In this document: positions 9,911-19,920 of the stretch, piece after piece
Layout of the letters: the number at the start of each line of letters is the position of its first letter
Numbering within the stretch: position 1 is the first letter of the stretch
From: an uncultured Clostridium sp.
GTDB lineage: Bacteria; Bacillota; Clostridia; TANB77; CAG-508
Length of the DNA stretch: 64,000 bases
Direction of reading: 5' to 3'
Assembly: GCA_945865665.1 (NCBI GenBank)
Contig: CAMBEE010000005.1
Span: 17,186 to 81,185 of the forward strand
The notes under the pieces: model-generated
What the model was told of the DNA's origin: nothing
The model's database searches: none
The model's input: the letters and a program-made list of their open reading frames with translations, nothing else
Made by a program: the position numbers and the translations under genes

Positions 9911-10702
9911 CTATTTTTTTACATATTTAATAACTTCTACATTGCTCATTTTGCTTCTTTCCACCATTTGATTATAAATTTTATCTCTCAAATTTTGTTG
10001 TTTTTCTTTCATAGTGTTACAATTTTCATCTGGAAAAAATGGGCCATCTATATAAGAAACTAAACGAACTTTATCCTTATTTTTCCCATAGCTTTGATAT
10101 GTATTTGTAACGCAAAATGCTGGCACATCTAATTGTACTGGATATTTAAATGAAACATTTTTAAATGGTCTTATTTTTGTATAATATGGCCAAATATGTG
10201 CTTCCGGAAAAATTGTAATACTATGTCCTTGTTTTATTCTTAATTTTATTGTATTTAAAAAATTTTTCATTGCTTCCTTATTGTCCGGTATCGGAATTGC
10301 TCCAAGCATTTCTACTACGTTGCCTAAAAATTTCATAGATACATTTTCTGGGTTTACTATAAAATAATTTCTTTTTGGATAGTTTCCATTACTTGTTATA
10401 AATGTGTCTGCAAATACTTGTGTATGGTTTCCATATATAAAGTATCCTTGTTTTTTATATGGTTTGTATTTTTCTTTGCCAACATATTTTATTTTTAGTT
10501 TCAAATGTGCATATAAATATTTTATTGGTAAACTTAGTATGTTTTGTAAAATAAATGCTGTTGCATTCCATATTACATTTTTATGAATATATTTATAATT
10601 TTTATCTATTTTTCTTGGTGTTATTTCTGCTCCTGAAAATTCGTCATTTAGTTCATCTTTATAATATATTATTTTTTTTTCTTTCATTTTGTTTCCTTTC
10701 AC
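9911..10702 (-). CDS. acyltransferase, PlsC/LPLAT-like
   Basis: NHTQVFAD (HX4-5D-type) and FPEAHIW (motif III-like). Confidence 0.6.
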   Translation of the reverse strand: MKGNKMKEKKIIYYKDELNDEFSGAEITPRKIDKNYKYIHKNVIWNATAFILQNILSLPIKYLYAHLKLKIKYVGKEKYKPYKKQGYFIYGNHTQVFADTFITSNGNYPKRNYFIVNPENVSMKFLGNVVEMLGAIPIPDNKEAMKNFLNTIKLRIKQGHSITIFPEAHIWPYYTKIRPFKNVSFKYPVQLDVPAFCVTNTYQSYGKNKDKVRLVSYIDGPFFPDENCNTMKEKQQNLRDKIYNQMVERSKMSNVEVIKYVKK

Positions 10703-10821
10703 AAATATCTATTATAATATTATACAATAAATTTATATAAATATTTTTTATAATTTAATAAGGGCATGATATTAATAAAAATCACACCCTCTGTAATTAG
10801 GAATTTTCAATTTGTCTAATT

Positions 10822-11748
10822 TTAAACATTTACATTTTCTTTATCACTTTCAGTTGTATATTCTAATGGAATTCCATAAAAATTCTCATATATTTCTTTC
10901 CAAACTTCAAAATTTTTATTAAGCATCATTTCAGTATTTTCTCTTTGTGATAAATTCTCGTCTGGATAAATAGGTTCTGCAATATTTACAGTATATTCCT
11001 GGATTGGAAATCCTTCTCCATCTATTTTGTCACTATCTTCCATTGTTATAAAAATTGGTATAACTGGTACATTATTTCTTACTGCCATTTTAAATGCTCC
11101 ATGTTTCAATGGCTTTGGTTTTCTGTAATTCCACCACATACTTTGTTCTGGATAAATTAATATAAAATCTCCTTTTTGTAATAATGTATCAACTGCTCTC
11201 ATAAATTGAACCATTGTTCTTTTGTTTGAACTTAATGGCAATGTATCGCAGTTTCTAAAAAAGAAGCCGTATAATCCAGGGAAATTTGTATAATTTCCCT
11301 CTCTTATTACTTTATATAATCTTTTTTCTTCTATCTTACCTGACATTCTGAATACTTTTTCTACAGTAAAACAATCAAAAGGATTAAAATGGTTACATGT
11401 AACCATTGCTCCTGTTGAAATTTTATTTAGATTTTCTATCCCTCTTACTTCTTTTATTATTAATTTGTTGTTTTTTAAAAGATTATCTAAAAATCTTTCT
11501 CCAACTTCATTTGCAAATATTCGTTTTAATTTACTAGTCATTTTTTTTCTAAGATAATCAACGTTTTCAGGCGTTAAAACTATTGTAGGTGGATCGTCTT
11601 CTGCATCAACATCAAACTTTCCTTCTTTTTCAAGTTGTTCAATTTTCTTTAAAACTTCTTGTCTATATTGAGATTTTTCTAATGGTTCTTGAATATTTTC
11701 TTGTTTATTTCTTCTTATTTTGACTAATATTTTTCCTTTTGATTTCAT
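10822..11748 (-). CDS. acyltransferase, PlsC/LPLAT-like
   Basis: NHFNPFD (HX4D) and IYPEQSMW motif. Confidence 0.6.
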   Translation of the reverse strand: MKSKGKILVKIRRNKQENIQEPLEKSQYRQEVLKKIEQLEKEGKFDVDAEDDPPTIVLTPENVDYLRKKMTSKLKRIFANEVGERFLDNLLKNNKLIIKEVRGIENLNKISTGAMVTCNHFNPFDCFTVEKVFRMSGKIEEKRLYKVIREGNYTNFPGLYGFFFRNCDTLPLSSNKRTMVQFMRAVDTLLQKGDFILIYPEQSMWWNYRKPKPLKHGAFKMAVRNNVPVIPIFITMEDSDKIDGEGFPIQEYTVNIAEPIYPDENLSQRENTEMMLNKNFEVWKEIYENFYGIPLEYTTESDKENVNV

Positions 11749-11752
11749 TAAA

Positions 11753-12673
11753 CTATCTCCTATTTATTCTATCGTCTCCAACGCAATCTGTTTCCTTTTG
11801 TGCTAATTCTATTAGTTTTGCACTATTTGCGTCATCTCTTTCTTTGTCTGCATCTGTATATTTTGCTCCAATTGCTTTTATTTCATTATAGAATTCTGTT
11901 TTTTCCGCATATTTCCAGAAATATTCTTGATACAAAACATCGTCAAAATACCATGGTTTAGCTCCTAGATTATAGTGAATCAAGTTTATTTCACCATCTC
12001 TTTTTCCCATAATTGGCATTCTGTTCCAAGAAAAGTCTAATATTTTTACTCTTCCTTTGCAAAGTCTGTTTAAATAGTCTTGATCTTGTGCAACTTCAAA
12101 TCTAATTTTTCCTAACATGTATATGAATTTTTCCCCAAATTTGTATTCTCTTAGTTCTTTTAAATTCATTACAATAACACCTGCATTAAAGTAATTGTTA
12201 TAGTCTGCAACTCCAACTACTCTTTCTACATAATCTTGAAATGGTTTTATAGTTTGAACTACACCGTCTGATACTGCTGCTATTAAGTTGTCTCCCATAT
12301 CTGTATTATATAATTCTGCTATATCTGATAAGCATACTGTATCACTGTCAATATATACAGCTTTGTCATATTCTGGGTATAGTTCTGGTATAAACAATCT
12401 ATAATATGTTGTGTTTGAAAAATAATTGCGAGTATATAATTTTTCTTTTATATCTTCTAATTGTTTATTTAAGTCAACAAATTCTATACTGATGTTTTCT
12501 TTTTCATATTTTTTTATTCTTGCTTTGTTTTCTTCTGTTACGCTTGTATATAGCACTTTTATTGCATATTTATTTTCTTTTGATGTGTTTTCTATTAATG
12601 AGCTTAATGCTACTCCTAAAAATGGTATATATCCATTATCTACTGCGAAAAATACTGGTATTTCTTTATTCAT
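11753..12673 (-). CDS. glycosyltransferase family 8
   Basis: GT8 hallmarks: YIPFLGVALSSL, DXD-type YIDSDTV, NAGVIVMNL. Confidence 0.75.
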   Translation of the reverse strand: MNKEIPVFFAVDNGYIPFLGVALSSLIENTSKENKYAIKVLYTSVTEENKARIKKYEKENISIEFVDLNKQLEDIKEKLYTRNYFSNTTYYRLFIPELYPEYDKAVYIDSDTVCLSDIAELYNTDMGDNLIAAVSDGVVQTIKPFQDYVERVVGVADYNNYFNAGVIVMNLKELREYKFGEKFIYMLGKIRFEVAQDQDYLNRLCKGRVKILDFSWNRMPIMGKRDGEINLIHYNLGAKPWYFDDVLYQEYFWKYAEKTEFYNEIKAIGAKYTDADKERDDANSAKLIELAQKETDCVGDDRINRR

Positions 12674-13508
12674 TAATTTTCTCCCCTTTTTTGTTTGTAT
12701 ATTTTTTTTTTAATTCTATATATTCTTCTAAGTCTTTATCAAATGCATAGCATTTTAAAATTTTATGAACTTCTTCTATTTGCCATTGTTTAAAGTTTTC
12801 TGTGTGTGGATATGGCCTCCATAAAAGTCTTTTGCAAAAATGACATATTACTGTATCTTTTTTGTTAAATTTTGACTGTTCATTATATATTCTTGGTAAT
12901 AATAATTTTGATGTTGTTGAATAATATATTGCACTTTGGTCTGCAAAAATTAGCTTTTTATTTTTTATTAGTTCTCTTGCCTTTACTAATAAGCCTGTTT
13001 CTTTTATCTTTTTCATATTTAGTAAAAGCATTCCAGCATTTATATAGTCTGGCCATATAAATACTGAGCCATATTTTTCTTTTACCGCTGCATATTCATA
13101 TTCTGTTATGTCTGTATTATATAATTCTGATATATCTCCATTTGCCATCATATCAATGTCTAGATATAACAATTTGTCTGGCATATCTGGAACCAAATCC
13201 GCTAATAGCCTTAACAAGGTATATGGTGTACAATATGCGTCTTCATTTTTGCAATGTCCAAATTCTTTTTCATAAATATCTGTTATATCTACTTTTATTA
13301 CTTGGTTTTTTGAATTTTTTGTTTTTACTACTTCATTTAAAAATTCAATTTGTTCGTCTTTTATTGATGTATATTCTGGTTTTATTCTTGATAAATCCAT
13401 TGTGAATATATATGCCGTTATAGCTTCTTTTGTTTTATTTGTAATTGATATTAGCTCTGTTAGTGCTCCATCAAATACTTTTCCATTTCCACATAAAAGT
13501 ATATTCAT
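12666..13508 (-). CDS. glycosyltransferase family 8
   Basis: YLDIDMM DXD-type motif, NAGMLLLN. Start placed at MNILLCGNG (RBS GGGGAAAAAA) rather than the longer track ORF ending at 13625. Confidence 0.7.
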   Translation of the reverse strand: MNILLCGNGKVFDGALTELISITNKTKEAITAYIFTMDLSRIKPEYTSIKDEQIEFLNEVVKTKNSKNQVIKVDITDIYEKEFGHCKNEDAYCTPYTLLRLLADLVPDMPDKLLYLDIDMMANGDISELYNTDITEYEYAAVKEKYGSVFIWPDYINAGMLLLNMKKIKETGLLVKARELIKNKKLIFADQSAIYYSTTSKLLLPRIYNEQSKFNKKDTVICHFCKRLLWRPYPHTENFKQWQIEEVHKILKCYAFDKDLEEYIELKKKYTNKKGEKINE

Positions 13509-13563
13509 AATTTTTTCCCCTATTTTAAAATCTTCAACATTATATATTATTTTAAAATTTTTT

Positions 13564-14607
13564 TCAACTTTTTTCTTCGTTATTTTTAGTATTTTTTTCT
13601 TCCATTTTTTGACATTTAATTGCATTTACCATTGTTACTATAGCACTTATAATTATTAGCAAATAAAAATTGATTCCTCTATTTAATATCATCGCACTAC
13701 TTATTGCATTTTGTGGGAATATTGTTTTAAATATTTCCAAAAATCCACCTTCAGTAACTCCAACAGCTCCTGGTGATGGTATTCCAGATACCGTTCCATA
13801 TAATACTGACTGTATGCTTATTATTCTTAATATATTGTGTTCATGTAATCCAAATGAACGATATACCCAATATGATACACTATAAAATGCTAAAAATTGG
13901 ATGTATGTAGTCATTACTGTTTTTAGCATTACTAACTTGTGTTCTTTTATATAATCACTACTTGTCTGATATTTGTTTAATTCATTTTCTATTTTTTCTT
14001 GTTTTTTATCCACATTTCTTATTTTTAATTTTTTCATTACTTTTACTACAAAGTTTATTAGTTTTTGTAATAGTTTTTTATGGAATATCGCTATTATAAG
14101 CAATGTTAATGCACTTGCATTTAACAATATCCCTATTACAAAAAACCATATTAGTGCAGTGTTCATAATACTGTGATTTACTGCTACACTTATTAGTGCA
14201 AGTGATATTGTTACTACTTGCATACTACTCAGATTTATTAATAATGCTAGTGTTGAGTTTGCTACTGATATTTTATCTTTATACATATAATATATTTGCA
14301 TTGGTTGACCACCGCTTGCTGCTGGTGTTATTCCGCTAAAAAAGAATCCTATTAGTGCATATTTTATATTATTGAAAAATGATGATTCTTCGTTTAATGC
14401 TTTTAGTGTTCTTCCTATGTTAATTGCTTCACCTAGCACATATATGCACATACATGTTATTCCTATTAGGACATATTGTAATTTTACTGTTCCTAATATT
14501 TGAAATACACTATCTATGTTTTGATCCTTTAGTATTATGTAAAATGTTAATATTATAAGCAGTATAAATATTATCATATTTCTTATTAATTTGCTCTTAT
14601 TTTTCAT
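13564..14607 (-). CDS. integral membrane protein, UPF0104 / LPG-synthase-TM (flippase-like) family
   Basis: About 8 TM helices, conserved ITPAASGGQP and PSPGAVGVTEGGF segments typical of the family. Confidence 0.55.
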   Translation of the reverse strand: MKNKSKLIRNMIIFILLIILTFYIILKDQNIDSVFQILGTVKLQYVLIGITCMCIYVLGEAINIGRTLKALNEESSFFNNIKYALIGFFFSGITPAASGGQPMQIYYMYKDKISVANSTLALLINLSSMQVVTISLALISVAVNHSIMNTALIWFFVIGILLNASALTLLIIAIFHKKLLQKLINFVVKVMKKLKIRNVDKKQEKIENELNKYQTSSDYIKEHKLVMLKTVMTTYIQFLAFYSVSYWVYRSFGLHEHNILRIISIQSVLYGTVSGIPSPGAVGVTEGGFLEIFKTIFPQNAISSAMILNRGINFYLLIIISAIVTMVNAIKCQKMEEKNTKNNEEKS

Positions 14608-14740
14608 TTCTACCTTCCATTCTTATATAGTATATTATATTTATTTTTTATTTTTGTCAACCCAAAAGAATAAATATAAAAAAAGAAATATCCGTAGAAT
14701 TTTTTCTACAGTAATTTCTTTTTAAAGTGAATGTTTTTTT

Positions 14741-15646
14741 TTATGTTGCAGATCCATTTTTATTTGCTGGCAACAATTCTATGTTTCTTAATCCATTATT
14801 TTTAAATAAATTATTTATATCATCTATTATTGAATCATCTATTCTATTGCTATCATTATTAATTATTCCTTTTACAACTGTTCTTGCTGCATTTTTTAAT
14901 GTTTTTTCTAGTTTTTCATCATAGTTATCTGCATATTTATATATTGTTTCTTGTTCTAAGTCACTTAATGAACAAAATAGTTCAAATTTATTCTTAGTAT
15001 CACTATATGTATAATAATAGTAATTTAAAACTGATGCCCCGTAACTATTTTTAGCATTAACCATTAATACCAATTTGTCTGATGTCTTATATACTCTATT
15101 TAAAGAAAATGATGTTGGATCTTTTAAATCTTTAATTAAATCTTTACTCAAATATGCAATTAAATTTTCATCTAATACTTCTTGTTTTTCATTATTCTTT
15201 GCCTTGTCATATGCTTCTTGGAATTTTCCCTCTTGCATTAATTCTTTATATGTAATTGTTAATTTTGGCAATACATTTGTTATAAATATTACTGCTAAAA
15301 TTATTACTACTATTAGTGGAATAAGTATTTTTAAAATTTTTTTAGGCATTTTCTTTTTCTTAGCTTCTTGTATAACATCACTTGAAATATTTAATTTTGT
15401 TTTAGCACCACATTTAGGACAAAATTTTTCTCCTGGTCCTAATATTGCTCCACATTTTTGACATTTTTTGTTGTTCTTTTCTCCTTTTTTTGTTCCACAA
15501 TTTGGACAGAATTCTTGATCCTCACTCATAGTTGTTCCACATTTAATACATTTGTAACTTTTTTCTACAACTTTTTCTTCTTTTTTTTCATCCATTTCAC
15601 TTACATTATTTGTTTTTTTACTTTCCATTTTTATATCCCCTTTCAT
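14741..15646 (-). CDS. double zinc-ribbon membrane-anchored protein
   Basis: Two CxxC..CxxC pairs (CIKCGT..CPNCGT; CQKCGA..CPKCGA), then one TM helix and an extracytoplasmic domain. Confidence 0.5.
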   Translation of the reverse strand: MKGDIKMESKKTNNVSEMDEKKEEKVVEKSYKCIKCGTTMSEDQEFCPNCGTKKGEKNNKKCQKCGAILGPGEKFCPKCGAKTKLNISSDVIQEAKKKKMPKKILKILIPLIVVIILAVIFITNVLPKLTITYKELMQEGKFQEAYDKAKNNEKQEVLDENLIAYLSKDLIKDLKDPTSFSLNRVYKTSDKLVLMVNAKNSYGASVLNYYYYTYSDTKNKFELFCSLSDLEQETIYKYADNYDEKLEKTLKNAARTVVKGIINNDSNRIDDSIIDDINNLFKNNGLRNIELLPANKNGSAT

Positions 15647-15754
15647 ATAAAAAAGTACTTTTTTTAATATTTTTATACTATATATATTATATCAAATTAT
15701 GTATTTATAATCAATGTATTTCAAGTTTCAAATATTTTCAGAAGAATTCTTGTT

Positions 15755-16813
15755 CTAAATTATAATATATCCTTTATCTGATGCAGTTAGTCTTACACTT
15801 CCAAATTTCGTTATTTGAACTGTATCTTCTATTCTAACCCCAAATTTTCCTGGAATATAAATTCCCGGTTCATCTGTTACAACCATGTTTTCCCTTAATG
15901 TTGAGTCATATCTAATTCCTACATATGGTGTTTCATGTATTTCTAAACCAACCCCATGACCTAAGCTATGAATTAAATCATATCCATTTAACTTAAAATC
16001 ATTTTCTACCATTTTTGTAACTTGTCTTGTACTTGCACCCTCTTTATATTGGTCTAACGCAAATTCTTGATTACTTAAAACTAGGTCATAAACTCGTTTC
16101 ATTTCTTCAGTTGGCTCACCTACAAAAAATGTTCTTGTCATATCTGAGCAATATCCGTTTACTTTGCATCCCATATCTATTGTAATTATATCATGCTCTT
16201 GTATTTTTCTATTTGATGGAACTGCGTGCGGTTTTGATGAATTTTCACCTGATGCAACAATTGTGTCAAATGATGTTCCATCTGTTCTTTCCTCATAGTA
16301 GTCGTCAATTTCTTTTGCTATTTGTTTTTCTGTCATTCCTGGTTTTATATAGCTTAAAATGTATTTAAAGCAGTCATCTGTTATGTTACATGCTTTTATG
16401 ATATTACTAATCTCTTCGTCATCTTTTATCATTCTTTGTTTTTCAATTATATATTCTGTTTCTACAAAATTATGTATTTTATATTTTCTTATATATTCTT
16501 TGTATGTTGCATATGATATGTAATGCTCTTCAAATCCCACATTTTCGCAGAACATAAAGATATTTTCATAATCATCTTTTGACAAATCGTTTACATCATA
16601 TACTATTATTTCGTCAAAAAGTGTTAAAATGCTGTGTACATATTCTATATATCTTCCATCTGTTATGTACATATTTTCTTTTGGTGTTATTAATAATGTT
16701 CCTTCTGCATCTATGTTTGTTAGGTATTTTATATTTATTGGATTTGATATTATTATTCCTTGCATATCTAAGCTTGACATTTTGTTTCTTAGCCATTGAA
16801 GTTTTTGATTCAT
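15755..16813 (-). CDS. Xaa-Pro aminopeptidase (M24 family)
   Basis: M24 metal-binding motifs including HSLGHGVGLEIHE; creatinase-like N-domain. Confidence 0.85.
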   Translation of the reverse strand: MNQKLQWLRNKMSSLDMQGIIISNPINIKYLTNIDAEGTLLITPKENMYITDGRYIEYVHSILTLFDEIIVYDVNDLSKDDYENIFMFCENVGFEEHYISYATYKEYIRKYKIHNFVETEYIIEKQRMIKDDEEISNIIKACNITDDCFKYILSYIKPGMTEKQIAKEIDDYYEERTDGTSFDTIVASGENSSKPHAVPSNRKIQEHDIITIDMGCKVNGYCSDMTRTFFVGEPTEEMKRVYDLVLSNQEFALDQYKEGASTRQVTKMVENDFKLNGYDLIHSLGHGVGLEIHETPYVGIRYDSTLRENMVVTDEPGIYIPGKFGVRIEDTVQITKFGSVRLTASDKGYIII

Positions 16814-16840
16814 TTGTAAACTTCCCCCAATCCCTAATTT

Positions 16841-17593
16841 TTATTTTGCATATAGTCCTAATGTGAAAATCATTAATAATGCATTTTTTATTGTTTCAAA
16901 TGGTACAAAAATACTTATAAATGTTCCTAACACTATAAAAGGTCCAAATGGTATATATTCATCCATTTTTTTGATTCTTGTTGCTAATAATATTACACTT
17001 AATATTGCTCCTATTAAGAATGAAACTAGTGTTATTGCAATTATATTTGATAGTCCAAAGTATAATCCTAATGCTCCCATTAGTTTTACATCACCAAATC
17101 CCATTGCTTCTTTTCCATATATTGCTCCACCTATTAATGTTATAAGTAAGAAAATCCCCCCTCCTGCAAGCATTCCAAGTGCCATGTTTATTGTTATGGC
17201 TACATCTGATAGTCCATATAAAAATGCTATTACAAGGCCTATTTCGAACATTGTTAGGTTTAGTCTGTTAGGTATTATTTGTAATCTATAGTCTATTACA
17301 AATGCTGATAATAACATTGGTGTTAATATCATATATTTTATTAAATCTAAGTTTGCTATAAATGTTGTTCTTATTCCGTAAAAATATAAAAGTGCTACAT
17401 ATATTGCTGATGTTACTAGCATTAATATATAATTTGGTTTGAATTCTGCAAAGTATTCTGTAAATATTTCTTTTGAAAATACTTTTTTATAGTCTGGTAG
17501 TCTTTTGTTCATCCAATCTACCAGCATTCCTACAAAAAGTCCTATTATTGCAAATACTGCGTAATATGCTATATGTGTTTCATTAATATACAT
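16841..17593 (-). CDS. prepilin peptidase (A24 family, PilD/ComC-like)
   Basis: Polytopic membrane protein with GFGDVKLMGALGLYFG aspartyl-protease box; lacks the N-terminal zinc/methyltransferase domain. Confidence 0.8.
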   Translation of the reverse strand: MYINETHIAYYAVFAIIGLFVGMLVDWMNKRLPDYKKVFSKEIFTEYFAEFKPNYILMLVTSAIYVALLYFYGIRTTFIANLDLIKYMILTPMLLSAFVIDYRLQIIPNRLNLTMFEIGLVIAFLYGLSDVAITINMALGMLAGGGIFLLITLIGGAIYGKEAMGFGDVKLMGALGLYFGLSNIIAITLVSFLIGAILSVILLATRIKKMDEYIPFGPFIVLGTFISIFVPFETIKNALLMIFTLGLYAK

Positions 17594-18158
17594 CTTTGTT
17601 TTTCTCCTCTTTTGATTTATATTTATTTTTAATCATGTTTTCTATTGGTCTTTTCCATGCAGTGTACCAGTAGTCTTTTTTATTGTCTATTGGGTCTACC
17701 AATATTGTAAACATGTTGCTTCTGTTTCCACCTAATACATCTGTAAAAATTTGGTCTCCTACTACTGCTATATTTTCTGGTTTTATATTTGTTTCTTTTT
17801 GTATGTTTTTAAATCCTTTTTTTAGTGGTTTCATTGCAAAGTATTTGTATGGTATTTGCAGTTCTTTTGCTACTGTTTCTACTTTTTCTTTGTTGTTTGT
17901 ATTTGATAGTATGTATAGTTTTATTCCTTGGCCTTTCATTTCTTTGGTCCATTGTTTTACTTCTTCTGATAAGTTTTTGTAATAGTCTATTAGTGTGTTG
18001 TCTACGTCTAGTATTAGTAATTTTATTTTATTTTTTAATAATGTTTCTATTGTTATTTCTTCTACTTTTTTGTAGTAGAGGTTTGGATATATTTTTTTCA
18101 TTTTTATTTTTCCTTCCTCAAGGTACAAATCTGGTTGGGAAAGAATTAAATTTTCCAA
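17583..18158 (-). CDS. yqeG: YqeG-family HAD phosphatase (HAD-IIIA)
   Basis: LILDVDNTL motif I, later GDQIFTDVLGGN; real start may be the internal MKKIYPNL. Confidence 0.75.
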   Translation of the reverse strand: MENLILSQPDLYLEEGKIKMKKIYPNLYYKKVEEITIETLLKNKIKLLILDVDNTLIDYYKNLSEEVKQWTKEMKGQGIKLYILSNTNNKEKVETVAKELQIPYKYFAMKPLKKGFKNIQKETNIKPENIAVVGDQIFTDVLGGNRSNMFTILVDPIDNKKDYWYTAWKRPIENMIKNKYKSKEEKNKDVY

Positions 18159-18589
18159 CCTTTTGTGCTCTTTCTTTTGTTTTTTTGCACCTATATAATA
18201 TCAATACGGCTTTTATTTGTCAAGGAATTTGCTAAAATTTAAGCAATCAAAAAAATCACTCTATATCTAGTTTTTTCAATATGTTTATATTGATTTTTTT
18301 CTAGATTTTAGAGTGATTTTTTATTTTAAAAGATTTTCTAATTCTTATGTATCTTTTATTTTTGCTCTACTTATCCTGCTTTTTTTAATAGTCCTGTTTG
18401 TTTTTTATCAGATATTGAAATTCCCGTTTAAATTAGCAAAATAATTATTGTTACAATCAACGAAATAAGAATTACTGCTTAATTCTTTGTTAATGTATTT
18501 TTTTAAAACTTTTCCTTCAATTTAATGCTTTCTTGTATTTTTTCTAAATTAAAAAGCTTTATAATTTTTATCTAAAGTCTTTTTATTTA

Positions 18590-19621
18590 TTACTCTAGCC
18601 ATATTTCATACACCTTTAATATATATGAATTTGAGTCAAATATTAAATATGTTTCTGTATTTGTTAATCCATTTAAATCTATAGTTATTGTTTCTATTCC
18701 TTGATTTAAATTATCAACTGCTGATTGTCTTATTCTTTTGCTAAAACCTATATCAGTTCCATTATTAGCCTTTAATCCAATTCCTGTATTTCTATTTTCA
18801 TGTGATGAAGAAACACCTGTTACTTCTACTTTGGCATATATTTTAGAATATCCTGTAAAATCCATTGTTTTTTCTTTCATTACCATAAAATTTCCTGTAT
18901 AACAATAATTCCCTGTAATTAATAAATAATTTGATTCTTTTGAAAATGTTCCATGGTTTGGTTCTCCATAATTACTAACCTTCCATTCTCCACCAAATGA
19001 TGAATATTCTATTCCATCATTATATAAATACACCTTGTCTATTGTTGTTTCTTCTATTTCTTTTGATATTTTTATTTTTCCATATTTATCCATAGCAATT
19101 ACTTTTATGATATATTTGTGATTTTTTTCTAAATTTTCATATACATATTGTGATTCCTTTGTATATCCTTTTACTTCTCCATTTAAAAGATATGCATATC
19201 CTACTATTTCATTAGAATTTTTTACAGTTATATCTGATGCATCTATTGTAATATAATTTCCATTTTTTTCTTTTAACTTTGGTTTAAAGTCTTCTATATC
19301 TTTTGATATTAAATCATTTTCTGTATCTCTTGAAGTTCCATCTATATATTTTGATATCTTATCTTCATAATCATATAATGCACTATTTTCTAATTTTTCT
19401 GCATTTTTTTGTTTTTCTTTTGCTTGTTTTACTTTTCCAAATAGTCCTGTCTGAGTTAAAGCTGATATTGAAATTCCTGCCAAAATTAATAATATTATAA
19501 TTGTTACCACTAATGCTACAAGTGTTATTCCTTTTATATTTTTCTTTTTATTTTCTTTTAAACTCCCTGTGTGTGTGTGTGTGTGTACAGCCCCAAGGCT
19601 TTCATTTGTTATCTTTTTCAT
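18590..19621 (-). CDS. prepilin-type N-terminal domain protein (343 aa) with (CA)9-encoded His-Thr repeat in the leader
   Basis: RBS AGGAGAG; leader MKKITNESLGAVHTHTHTGSLKENKKKNIKG then ITLVALVVTIIILLILAGISI hydrophobic segment. The motif is noncanonical (Ile+1, no Glu+5). Confidence 0.65.
   Translation of the reverse strand: MKKITNESLGAVHTHTHTGSLKENKKKNIKGITLVALVVTIIILLILAGISISALTQTGLFGKVKQAKEKQKNAEKLENSALYDYEDKISKYIDGTSRDTENDLISKDIEDFKPKLKEKNGNYITIDASDITVKNSNEIVGYAYLLNGEVKGYTKESQYVYENLEKNHKYIIKVIAMDKYGKIKISKEIEETTIDKVYLYNDGIEYSSFGGEWKVSNYGEPNHGTFSKESNYLLITGNYCYTGNFMVMKEKTMDFTGYSKIYAKVEVTGVSSSHENRNTGIGLKANNGTDIGFSKRIRQSAVDNLNQGIETITIDLNGLTNTETYLIFDSNSYILKVYEIWLE
19568..19586. repeat. dinucleotide simple-sequence repeat (TG)9 / (CA)9 inside the coding leader of the pilin-like gene
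   Basis: Read directly: tgtgtgtgtgtgtgtgtgt. Confidence 0.95.
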
Positions 19622-19920
19622 TTCATTCTCTCCTTTGTATTTCTAAATACACATTCAAATTTCATAGTATTAAATGTGTGCTTTATCATTTTATAGTTTC
19701 ATTTTACTATAACTAAAACTATATTTCAACAATTTAAATTATAGTTTTGTGTTTTTAATAAAAATGTCATATTCTTGTAATATTTTTGTAATATTCTAAT
19801 TGTTTAAGTTACATCTTTGTGGTTTCTTATAATAAAAAAAAGCATATATTTTTCTTTTAGAATTATATATACTTTTTTATATTAATTATTAATTTGTTTA
19901 TATCTCAAACAATTTTCTAA

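Noticed and set aside
19561-19590. GT-repeat and other short tandem or inverted repeats as a possible CRISPR array
   Set aside because: There is no repeat-spacer periodicity anywhere in the window, no cas genes, and the GT tract is a simple dinucleotide SSR inside a coding leader.
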